In this document: positions 1 through 12,214 of the stretch, in pieces
How the letters are laid out: every line of letters begins with the position of its first letter
Numbering within the stretch: the first letter of the stretch is position 1
Assembly (NCBI GenBank): GCA_016748015.1
Contig: JAAOMT010000071.1
Location: 186,001-250,000, forward strand
DNA length: 64,000 nt
Direction: 5' to 3'
From: Geosiphon pyriformis uo1
Lineage: Eukaryota; Fungi; Glomeromycota
Translations under genes and position numbers: made by a program
The notes under the pieces: model-generated
Told to the model about the DNA's origin: nothing
The model's database searches: none
What the model saw: the letters and a program-made list of their open reading frames with translations, nothing else

Positions 1-1549
1 TACTTGTTTATTATTATTGTTATCTAATTGCAATAAAATAGCACCAAAAGCTATATATAAAGCATTAGTGGCTAACTAAAATCTTTTACTAAAATTTGAA
101 TATACAAGAATTGGTGCTGTAATAAATTTCTTTTTAAGAGTGTCAAATACTTGCTGTTAAGCTTGTGTTTATTAATATTTTATATTCTTGTTGATTAAGT
201 AGTTAAGTAGTTTGGTAATTTTGGAGAATTCTTTAATAAATTTTAAGTAATAAGAGGTTAATTTTACAAATTTTCTTAATTCTGTTGTGTTTAAGAAATT
301 TTAAAATTTTTAACAACACTAATTGTTCTTAGATTAGATTGAATTCCATTTTTGCTAACAATATGTTTAAGAAAGATTAAACTTGTTTTTCTAAAGTAAT
401 ATTTTTCAATATTCAATTTTAATTTTGCTTTTTGTAATCATTAAAAAACTTTTTACAGGTAAATCAAATAGGTTTTAAAATTTAGAGAATATACATTAGT
501 GTTATTTAAGTAAATAACTACTGATTGCCATAAAAGTTTTTTGTATACAATATTTATAAGTCACTAAAATGTTGCTGGTTTATTATAAAATTCAAAAAGC
601 ATAATATTGAATTTGTAGTTTCTTTTTTGTATGGTAAATGCTGTTTTTAGTTAATCTTTAAAATCTATTTTAACTTGTTAGTATTTGCTTTTCAAGTCTA
701 AAGTTGAAAAAAAACTTGGCTTTTTTCAAAACATCTAACATGTTATTAATTTTTGATAGTAAATAAGTATTTTCAATTATAATACTATTTAGTTGTTGAT
801 AGTTTACACAAAATCTGATTTTGCTGTTTTTTTTTAACAAAGATCACTGATGAAATCCAAGAGCTTTTTGATGATTAAATAAAACTATTATTAAATATTT
901 ATTGAACTTTTTTTTTAATAAATTGGTGGCTAACAAGTAAAACTCAATAGACTTGTTAAAATTTTGGTGAAGTATTTTCTGTATAAATCTGATGCTATAC
1001 AATGTCAGTTTTTTCAAGATCATTATTATTTTTGGTAAATATATTGGCATATTTGGTAATCAACTGTTTTAATTGTCTTTGTTATTAGGATTCTAAGAAA
1101 CTTATGTTAATTTGAAAGAGCTTTTCTTCTAAGATATGATAATTTTCAGTAATAAAAATAATGTTTGGATTTGAAAGTAGAATATGTTTTACAATTTCAA
1201 TGAAATTAGAGACAATTTAAGAGGTTTTATCTTAAAAAATGTTGCTATATATAATTTCAATTTCTAATTTATTTAATAAAATAATGGGATAATTATTGGA
1301 GTTGTAGAAGATAACTCAAAATTTCTTTATTTTTTTTGAAATATAAATATTTGGAATTGAGATTTCATGCTTTAAACAGATTTGTTCATTGAATTCAAAA
1401 ATTTGTTGAGTAGTAGTAGACTTTAGACAAATGTAAATTTCATGATATTCTCCAAAAAGTAAAATGATAATTGGTTAGAAAAGTTAAAGAATCTAGTAAA
1501 ATTCATTTTATGTATTAAAAACTATGTTTACTAGAACTGTAAATTATCT

Positions 1550-1990
1550 AATTAAACCAAAATCTTGGGTTTTTCTTTCACTTTTTCCTAATTATTCTTT
1601 GTTTTTGATTGATTGTAAACTCGAAATGTTAATTAAGAGTAGATAAATTGTTTGAGCAATTTTTTCAGCATGTTTGATTTTGAATAATTTGTTGATTTCA
1701 TTTTGTAACAAGATTGTAATATCTCTAATGTATTTTGCATCTATAATTTCTCTTCTAACATTGATTTTTTTGCTTGCCAATAATAATTGAGAAGTAATTT
1801 AAACTATTGTTCTTGGTAGAATTTTAAGAACAATTTTTAGATTGATTTTTGTCAGAAATTTTGGTTGAAAAATTAAAATATCTTTTTCTGGATATTGTAA
1901 ATTATATCTAACATCAATTTTATAAGCTTTCTCTGGTTTTATTTTTTGTTTATTGTTGTCAAAATATTTGAGTTTTATGACAGGCTAATT
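1550..1990 (-). pseudogene. dUTPase domain of family A pol (degenerate)
   Basis: ORF 1592-1780 IIDAKY...KIAQTIYL matches trimeric dUTPase motifs III/IV and aligns with the better copy at 60450-60890. Confidence 0.8.
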
Positions 1991-4900
1991 TTTAGTGAGA
2001 TAAATCAAAGTTGTTGTAATTTTTTTTTTTGGTTCAGGTTTTCTAAATTCAATTTTGTATTTGTTATTTTTGCTGGACAAAAAAATGCTAATCACATAGT
2101 ATTCTAGACACTATTAGTCATCACAAAGCATGTTACATTCTTTACATATTTGAATATTTATTTGTTTTAATTATTGAATTTGAGCTTTTTTGGTTAAATA
2201 AGCATGACTTTTAATTTAATAATAGGTTTTTACTTTATCTTTATAATCAAATCTAGCTAATTCTATTGTGTACTTAATGTATTCTGCTTTTTTTATTTGG
2301 TGTACATTTTTTTGGGTTCTTTTATTGATTAAAACTATGGCTAATTCATAGATTATTTCAGTATTATATAAATAATAGCAGAGTTTGTTGAAAGTACTGT
2401 TGTATGCTGCATTAAAAAGAGTTTTTTTTTTTACTTTTTCTGCAATTAAAAGTGCATATTGACAGGTTTGATTACAAACTTCTCTTTTTATTGCAATATC
2501 AATCTAGTTGTATTTTTCTGGTAATATTTCTCTACATATGAAACAAAGAATGTTGTTCTATTTTCTATTTTATTTAGGATATTTAAATTATTTTTTATGG
2601 CATGCTTTATAAAAATAACAGGTGTGTGTTTCATATTTTTTTTCTGAGAATATGTATGTTCTCATCAATAAAAGTTTTTGTTGTAATTTTTACACTTAAA
2701 TAGGATGTAAAATGTTGTTTTTATGGTTCTGATATAAAATATTAAACAATATTCTATTTTTTGGTTTTCTCAAAAATTTTTTGTTCTGTTTTCTTGGCCC
2801 AATTAGATGTTAATCCAAGAGCCATATATGTTTTAATAATTAACATTTCTTTCTCCTTTTCAAATTCAAATACTAGAACTTTTTTAAATCATTTGTTGAA
2901 AGTACTATATATAACAGATATTTACATATATTGTTCTTGATATAAAATTTTTAGTTTTTATGTTTTCTAATCTAAATTTGCATTGGCTTTGAGAAGCCAA
3001 TTGTTTTCAACAAGAGCTTGGTATTGGAGTTTATTTATAATAAAAACTTTAATTAGAATGATAATTTTATTAATTATGAAAAAAAAATTGTTAATTTTTT
3101 TTACTGAAGTCTTTTTTATACCATTTGTAGTAATAATAACTGTTTGGACAGATCTGTCAATCATTTATTGAAGCTGTTGTATTAGTTAGTAGATAATAAT
3201 ATTTCTAGCAAATCTACTGTTTAAAATTAATTGAATTGGTTTTTTTTTAACTTTAGTTTCAATATATATTGTTGTAATTGCTTTCTGTTTATTAACTACT
3301 GTATTACTAAGTAGAGATGGTGATTTGTTGGCCTTAAATTCGAATAGAAATATATTTGAAAAATTGGCATTTTGGGCAATTTGGACTGGTAAAATTGTAT
3401 TATTGGAAGAGTTTTGTTTTAATACTGCAGTTTTACTTTCAAAAAGTACAGTTTGTTGAAAATCCGATTCTTTTGACATTGTAAGATAACTGAATTGAAT
3501 GTAATAATATATAGGTCTTTGTTAAGTCTGTTGTTGGAAAATTAATTAGTTGTTGGAGTTGATTCTATTGTTGTTATTCTAAAAGCAATTTTAAGGTGTG
3601 AATTGGTTTTGTTAATCCAATTCTCAAACAGATACTTGATATTATTGAATAGGTGGTGATTAATATTGCTAAATTAATAGAGGTTGTTGGTATTACTATT
3701 GTATTGGTTGTAAAACAAATTAATAGTAACTGTTTTAATTTTGTGGTCTTAGTAGATAATAAGTTGATAATAGAGATTAATAATAGGATTGCTAAGGTTA
3801 AAAATTACATTGATTATTTCTTTGTTGTTGGTTTTTTTGCATTTTTTGGCAATCTTGTTTCCAATGTTCTGGAATTCTACAATAATAGCAGTTCTAAAAT
3901 TGATTGTTAAATGATGATAATAAGAAACTGCTTTGGTTTCATTATTGTAGAGATAAATATCTTTATGATTGCTGCTATTTTTGTTGATTGGTAAAATAGT
4001 TTTCAACCTTTTTAGTAAGTTGATTAATTTTTTTTTTAGCTGTTAAGCTTGTTTTTCTAATTATAAGATTCACAAGTTTTGTCTTTCATAACTATTTTGT
4101 AATTTTTTGTATATCAAATAGCAGTGACTAAGTTTTCTGAAGCATGTAAGTAAACTTTTTTGATTAATTTATTTTTGAGTTCAGCAATAAATTAATCCAA
4201 AATCTGGGCATCAGAATAGTAGTTATTGGTTTTCAATTGTCAAATTCTTCTGAAAAGTTTGTTAAATCTTCCAAAATAGGTTATAATAGTTTCAAATAAT
4301 TTTTTTTGATGTTTTAGAATTAGTTTTAAAGTGTAATAGATGTGTTGTTATTAGTAAATTGTTCTAAGAAAGCATCTTTAAATGCTTTCCAGTTTTTAAA
4401 AGATTCATTTAAGTTTTCAAACTATTTGTCTGTAGTTTTTTGAAAAAAATAAGAAATAACTTTAAGTATTTTTGCAGCATTCTATCTATTTGCATCTTCT
4501 GCTTTTTGAACTTTGTTAAACCATTCTTGTAGACTGGTGTTAGTATTTTCTCCTATAAATTTAGTAATTTTTGCAATGTATGTAGTTGTTATGTCTTCTG
4601 TATTTTTGTTTTTGGTAGTTTTTTTTTTTGTGAATTTAAAAATGTCTTTATTATTATTAGAGTAATCACTTTGGTTTTTTGCTAAGAAATTAAGAAAATT
4701 GGTACTAATGGATATGGATTTTGGTTGTTGAGTAGGACTCTTTGGTAATGCAAAATTTTCTGGTTTCAAAAATCAAATAAAGAGTGAATTAAGAATTTGC
4801 AGTTGAGCAAATAAAATTAGAAATAATGTAATAAAGAATAGTAATTTAATACTGGTTTTTTGTTTGGATGTTTGCAAGTATTTGGCAGTTGTTTTTAGTA

Positions 4901-5354
4901 TGTTGTGAGTTATATGACTAACTTGAAGTGTTTTCTTTTTTTGCTTTTTGCTGTTATTATTTTTTGGTTTTAATTCAAAGTCAAAAGAGTATTTAAACTG
5001 TACTAGATACTTTTTTTCACAATACTGAATAATATTAAAGTTAAGTTCTTGAAAGTAGATATCAAGTGTTTTACTGTTAAGATTTTCAGTTTCCAAGTAA
5101 AAATAGTGTAATAGATTTTTGTAAAGATTGCTTTTAACTTTGGAAATATTGTAGTTTCCAAAAAAATAATTGTTGATATAGTTTTCAATATATTGGTATA
5201 TTGATGTTTTGAAAATTTTAATTCTATCTTAAATGTTGAATCTTTGTTTACAGTAAATATAAATTGACTGATAATACTCTAGAGTTGTTGTATTAGTTGT
5301 GATCACTACTTTGAAATTGTTATTGCTGTATTATTTTTGTAAAAAAGCACCAAA

Positions 5355-6327
5355 TATTATTGAAAATTTTTGGATCTCTTTTTTTGAATGTTGTTAATAT
5401 CTGTTTGTTGTGAATTCACATTTTTTGAAAGCAAGTGAACCTCCAATAACTGAATTTATCTTCAAATTATCTCTTATAATTTTAACTGCTAGGCTTATAA
5501 GTAAAATAACCAATTTCATACCAGTTATTTTGTATAATTACATTGTAGTAAACATTAATTTTTTTTCTAGTAATTGCTCATCTAAAAGCTCATTAACAAT
5601 GTGTAGTTATTTTGTTGTAAAAGTTAACTTTTCTACAGAAATTTCATCTGTAGACTACTTTAATAATTATAATAAGAAAATAAAAAAAAATATAAAAAAT
5701 ATAAAAGAAATAGAATTTTGTTAAAGAAATTATTTTTTATTCAAATTTGGAGTTACTAATAAATTATTGAAATTGGTAGCCAATCAATTTCAAAATGTTA
5801 ATTGGGTTTTGGAAATTTCAAGTATAATAATTAAAAATTTGGGTTTTTAAATATTTGATTTTTATTTAATTTGTAAAAATATATAAAGAATGATTGATTT
5901 TAATTACAATATCTAATAAAAGATACATTTTTTTAAAATGAAAAGCTCTTTTTTTATACAACTTGTTGTAGTACTAGTCTTTGAACTTAAACTTTTTTTT
6001 TTGTTATAATTTTAATAAACTAAAGATACATTTTGGCAAACTATTAGTTATTTTTATGAATTATTAACTATTTTAGTAAATTATTTATTATTTTAGTAAA
6101 TTTTTACAAATTTTCGCAAATTCTTAAATATTCAGTAGTTTAAGGTATTGTGTAATTTTATTTTCTTAGTTTTTATAGTACAAATTAAATTATTAATTAA
6201 ATAGTAATATTTGATTATTTGATAAATAATAAGTAATAATTTGAAACAATATTAAAATATACTAATTAATAATAGAAATTATAAAGTAATTTTATGCTAA
6301 TTAATAACTAAAATTCTACTGGTAACA
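5355..6327 (-). repeat. 5' LTR of A1 (~970 bp)
   Basis: Ends match the LTR at 56186-57134. Followed on the minus strand by PBS-like TTTGGTGCT at 5354-5346. Confidence 0.85.
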
Positions 6328-8479
6328 CTGTTAATATTAAATAAAAATATGGTAACTAGAATATTATTCTTAATAATTGTGGCAGAAAAAATTATTTTAG
6401 CAGTTTAATTAGTATTTTAAAAAGAAAGATTAATGGTTTTAATTATATTTTTCTTTTTCAAAGATATAGCATCATCAAAATCTAAAATTTTTATAAAACC
6501 AAAATATAAGACCTGATTTAGATATCTGGTTTATGCTGTTTGAAATGGTATATTATAACAATTTATTGGTTTGAATAATCTGCTAATAAATTGTATCTAA
6601 TTTTTATTAGTGTTTTACTATTTTTAATTATAATTAATAACTCAAAATCTAAAATTGTTATAAAATAACACTTAATACCAGAATAACATTAATGTTATTA
6701 GATATTAATAATTAAGATGAATACTGTAGTTGTTAATATGACAACAAAAAATATTAGAATTTTATGACTTAAAAATATCTTGGTTGTTATTAATATTGAT
6801 TTTTTTAGTTTTGATTGGCTATTTTTTTTGCAATTTCTCACAATATGTCTGAATTTTTAATAATAATAACAATTATAAGAATTTAACTTCCATGATTGTT
6901 ATTGTTGTTGTTAATTTTGCTATTGTTAATATTTATTAAAGTTGTTCTTATATTGTGGTGGTTAATAAGTTCTTAAATTTTTTGTTAAGAATTTTTCAAT
7001 TTTCTGAGTTAAATTCTTACTTAATTGAATAAGTTTTGTGTTGATATTTAAGGTTCTATTTATGGCTAAATTAACAGCTTAAATATAATTGATTTCTTGT
7101 TTTACTGATTTAAAATTATGAACAAAAGTTATAGCTTTTTGTAAGTTATTTAAATAGTACAATTTTATAAATTGTAGAATATTACTTTTTAATTCTTTAA
7201 TAAATTGGTTAAGAATTTTTCCAGAGATATAGTAATTTCTTTTAATCACCTGAATTTGGCAAAAAATTTAATTAAATCACTTAAAATAATTAGTTATTAT
7301 TTTTTAATTTTTTTGTTTTATTATACTAAACTAATTTTGTAGTTTGATAAGTGTATTGAGATCACAAAAATATTGTAAAAAGACGAGTTTAAAAGTAGTA
7401 AAGTCAGTTGGTTTTTTCTTAAGACTTTGGTAAAATAAGTCTACAGTTTCTATTAAAAAAACACCAAAGCTTGAATTGTTTTAGTCTTATCTCAATTATT
7501 GATATTAATCATTTTTTAGCTTTTACAATCCATGTATATGCATTGTCTTTTTTACCAAAAATTTTTTTAGTTTAGTAATATTTCTATAAGTTATAATCTA
7601 AATAACAAAAAGTTGTCTATTTGTTAATAAAAAAAAAATTAATAAAAATATAACTAATTATTTTATTAAACTTAAAACTGATTGTTTTTTTTTGTTTATT
7701 GTGTTAATAAGTTGTAATATAGTTGTACTGTCTAAAAAAATAGTGATTGATTTGATTAAAAGTTTTGCTAAAAGTTGTGCTCAAAAAAAAGTGTTTTTAA
7801 CTAAATTATTCATTGTTAAAATAAGGCTTTTAAACAGTAATCCATATTTTTTAAAAAATTTTGTCCAAAAATTACAATTAGAATTTTAAAAATACAGACT
7901 TTTAAAAGTCTTTAGAGTTTTTGGTTGTGGCTCAATAAGTTAATTAAATAAAATTCTGTTTTTAGAAGTCTGATAATATAAAAGAGTTAGTAACAAAAAA
8001 TCTTGATTTCTTATTAACTATAAGTATGACTCTTTTTTATGCAATTTGCATATTATTGTTATTAAAATTTAACTTGAATTTTTCAAAGTTGAGTTTTAAT
8101 ATTTGTTTTTTCTTACTTGTAAATATTGTTTTTAAGTATATATCTCAATTTTTTTATTAATTAATAGAAAAATCTTGGCTATGACTTATTTAATGATTGA
8201 AGTTATATATACTAATAATTTTTTGTAAATCTGTTTTCTGAGTTTTTTGTATTAGTTGTTTAATCTAATAAATAGTTAATCTTAGTGTAAATATAATAAT
8301 AAAAATTATTTTTTGTGGTAATAATTTCTATTAATATTCTTAAGTCTTTTCTAAAGTATTAAAATAATACTTTTTTAAATGACAAATAATTTTTTCTTAT
8401 AGTCTCAATAATTGCTACTTTGTGAATTTCTGGAATGTTTTGTCTCTGTAAATTTTATAATCTTATAGAAAGCACCAAA

Positions 8480-9460
8480 TATTATGGATAAACTTAGTAA
8501 AATATGATAATAACATTTAATATTCTGAGTTTGGATATAAGAAACTTGAGATTTTCTTTTATAAATACATAAAATATGTCAAAGTTATTAGTTTCTAAAA
8601 GTTTTCTATAAATATAAATTTATCTGTGAATTTTTTTGATTATAAGACATAGAAAAGTGATTTGGCTGTTTACTGTTTATATAAATAAACTATTTTTTTT
8701 AAGCTAGTTAAATATAATTGTTAGAATTTAGTGGTATTTTTTGTCTTTCTAATAAGCTATTAAGAAAATATTAATATTTAATCTTAAGAAAAACTTTCTT
8801 TTTTTACCAAATTATCATAAAATTTATTTTTAAACAGTTAATTTTACAATATTATCACTTCATAAAAAAATAAATAAAAGAAAAGATAAATAAAATAAAA
8901 CAAAAAAAAATTAATATTGTCAATTATCATAATTAAAAACAATTAATTCAAGTTGTTATTGTTCCAAGATATTTTATGCTAAAAGCATTTGGCTGAAAAT
9001 AAAGATAAAAAAAATGATTAATTTAGTTTAAATACAAGAATCTATAAATTATATATGAGTAATTTTGTTTCAAATATTTTTTTTATTTGAAGTAATATAG
9101 GTATTAAATATAAATATAATTAACTTAAAAAATATAAGATCTAAGTAAAAAAATATTGATTTTTGTCTATTTGGTTGTTGTTTTTTTTGCTAAAATTATT
9201 CGTTTTTATATATATTTTCTAGTTTTATAAAATTGTTTATTATTATTAGCTATTACTTACTATTATTGTTACTGTTTTGTTTTTTTATATTATAATTAGT
9301 TATTTTATATTATAGTTAATTATTCTGTATTATTTTATATTATTGTGTATTATTTTGTATTATTGTGTATTATTTTGTATTATCCTGAATTATTTTATAT
9401 TATTATGTTTTAATCATATTTTTTAATAGCTTTTGAGTTAATTTTTTTACTTAAATAACA
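8480..9460 (-). repeat. 5' LTR of B1 (~980 bp)
   Basis: Starts TGTTATTT at 9460, ends next to the PBS, and is homologous along its length to 51513-52554. Confidence 0.75.
9301..9410. repeat. 10-bp tandem repeat (TATT[C/G/T]TGTAT-like, ~11 units) inside LTR B
   Basis: Directly visible decamer periodicity; a degenerate counterpart lies at ~52380-52500. Confidence 0.85.
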
Positions 9461-10333
9461 GAATATTTAATTTATTTTTATATACTAGATAATAATTAAA
9501 CCATATTTATAAAATATATAATAATAAAAAGTGTAAATTTAGAAATTATTAAAGATTTAATAATATTAAAAACTAAAAAATTCAATTTAAAAAACCAAAT
9601 TTAAAAAAACTTAAAAAACAAACTTTATATAAAATAATTTTATATTAATTTAAATATTAATTTTATATTAATAAAATTTTATATAAATTAAAAAACAATT
9701 TTATTAAAAACCAATTTAATTTTAAAAAAATACCAAATATTAAAATTAAAATTATTTATTTACCAAATTTTTAATAATTAATAAAACAATATTACTAAAA
9801 AACAAAAGAGAAAAAATAACTTTGATTTTTATTTAATTAATTTAATTTTTAAGATTATATAATATAATAAATTGATTAGTTAAAAACATATACAAAAATA
9901 TAATTTGTTTTATATTTAAAATTAATAAAAATTAATTAAAAACTAATATATTAAACAAAATAGTCAGAAATTTATTTAAATTAAAATTAATTAACATGTT
10001 TTTATTGTTATTGTTTAAAATAAAAAATTCTTATTCATGATTAAAATAATATTGAATACTATAATTAATATAAATAATATAAATTAACAAAAAAAATAAA
10101 AATTTTGACTAAATTTAAATTTAAACTTAAATCAAATTTAAAATTATTAAACTTTAAATTCAAATAATAAAATTTATAAATATATTTAAATTAAACTATT
10201 AAAAATTATATTATATTATTAATTAATTTTCTTTTTAATGGTTTCTGTATTTATAATTAAAAATATTATATTGTTCTTATAGTTTTAAATACTAAACAAA
10301 ACTTTATATTTATAATTATATTTTTATCTGCAA

Positions 10334-11295
10334 TATTATCAAAGATTTTTCTACTTTTTTTTAATTTTTATTAATACTGTTTTGTTATTAATTCTTCTAT
10401 TAATAAAAATTAATGAATTTTTAATAAGTTAATTTTTTTTTCAAAATATTTCTTTATATTTTAAACTGTATATACTATTGGATTTATAATAGAATAACCA
10501 ATTTTGTGTTAATTATTTATATAATTACTTTGCAATAAAAGTCAATTTTTTTACAAAAAAATTTTATCTGTAAATTTTTTAATTAATATATAATTACTTT
10601 GCTATAAAAATTAATTTTTTTACAAAAAATCTTGACTGTAAACTATTTAATAAATAAATAAAATAATAAAAAAAAATAAACTAAAGAAAAAAAACAAAAA
10701 ATATGTTAAGAAAGTTATTTTAAATTTAAACTTAAAAATTATTAATAATTATTAAAATAGTAATTAATCAATTTTAAATATTAGTTTCAAATAAGTAATT
10801 ACAAATAATAATAATTAAAAATTTTTGAGTTTTCAAGATAATTTTATTTAAAATATTTGTAGTAATTAATTGTTAAATAAGATTTTTTGAGTTAAATTCT
10901 AAGAAAAAATATTTAATAAAAAATACATTTTTTTTAAAAAAAAAACTTTTCTTTTATATAATTTGTTATAGTATTATTTTATAATTTAGCACTTTTTTTT
11001 CTAATATTTTGGTAAATTAAAAATATATTTTATTAAACTACAAGTTATTACTGTAAACTATAGATTATTTTAATAAATTGTTAAATATTTTGTTAAATTA
11101 CTAAATATTTGTTAAATTTTAAATGTTATATAGTTTAATATATTATATAATTTAATCATTACAATTTATTTATATTTGTATTTTGTACAAATTGAGTTAT
11201 TAGTTGAATGCTAATTCAGTAATTTTAATAAAATAATAAGTTATAAAATAATAATATATATTAATTAATAATAAGAATTATAAAAATAATTTTTT
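10334..11295 (-). repeat. Heavily eroded family-A-like LTR (solo or remnant)
   Basis: 10520-10650 aligns with 5530-5670. The end matches the LTR A end, no PBS follows, and the outer end appears truncated. Confidence 0.6.
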
Positions 11296-12214
11296 GCAAT
11301 CTATTTTTACTATATTATTATTTTTTTTTTATTTATTATTATTTAAAAATATAATAATCAATTTTATTAAGTTTTTTTTTATTATTATTAAAATTTGTTT
11401 TTAATATAAACTATATATTTAATATTATAGTATTATTAAAATTGCTATTTGACAAAACACTGTTATTTGATATAAATATAATAATTAATATATACTCTAT
11501 TTTAAAAAAAATATGTATTTTAAAGATTTATTTATCATGTAAAAATTGAAAAATAAAATTATTTAAATAAATAAATAATTTATAATTTTTTTATATTATT
11601 AATATAATTATCTAAAAAAATTTTTTGTAAAATAATATAATTTTTTGTTAAATTAATACAATATAAAGCATTATAATTGTATTTATTTTAGAATGATATT
11701 CAATTAACTTTTCTTTTATTGCTTTAATTATTATAATAAATAATAAATTTAATATTATATATATTAAAATAAATAAATAAATTCAATTAAAATTATAATG
11801 TTTTATTTTATTATTATTAATTATGTTTTTAACATAATTAAAAATAATATTAAAAAAAAAAATAATTAAAAAAACAATTTTATTTAAATTAACTCATATT
11901 GTGATTATAATATTCTTAAATAATTTAAAAAATTTAACAATTTTATCAAAAACAATCTAATATTTATGTTTAATAGCATATTAATAAAAATTAATATAAG
12001 TACTAATAAAAATATTAAGTGTTTATAATAGTTAGAGTTTTTGTATTTAGAATATACAAACTTTAAAAGTTAATAAAAACTTTTTTCTCTCCTTCGTCCT
12101 AAATTCCCAAAAAAGAGTCAAAAGTTTTTTTGAAAGAAGTTTTTTACCATTCAGTACAATAAATCAAAACCGTTTTTTGATTACAAGGCCACTGTTGGCT
12201 CTGTTATTGCTGTT

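Larger units (their letters stand above)
1..6327 (-). mobile_element. Ty3/Gypsy LTR retrotransposon family A, copy A1 (5' LTR, gag, protease, Cys-rich region, dUTPase, RT, start of RNase H); degenerate, runs off the window start
   Basis: Reverse-complement homolog of 56186-62400. ORF fragments 4482-4769 (IAKITKFIGENTNTSLQEWFNKV, gag), 3186-3479/2967-3164 (protease region, LILNS..., QALVENNWLLKANANLD) and 1592-1780 (dUTPase). LTR starts TGTTACCAG at 6327. Confidence 0.9.
6328..9460 (-). mobile_element. Gypsy family B copy B1 (5' LTR, PBS, decayed gag), interrupted at 6327/6328 by A1
   Basis: Minus-strand translation near 7300-7560 gives FGKKDNAYTWIVK...LQYFCDLNTLIKLQN, a retrotransposon-gag-like sequence. 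PBS TGGTGCTTTCTATAAGA at 8477-8461. Confidence 0.75.

Noticed and set aside
5410-5724. ORFs inside LTRs (also 50872-51081 and 56976-57158)
   Set aside because: No motifs, non-ATG starts, and located in non-coding LTR sequence.
9301-9410. CRISPR-like array
   Set aside because: Contiguous decamers without unique spacers, in a eukaryotic LTR.
8860-9460. Tandem elements sharing a short LTR ending at the A-rich tract
   Set aside because: Homology with 51513-52554 continues to the PPT, so the tract is internal to a ~1-kb LTR.
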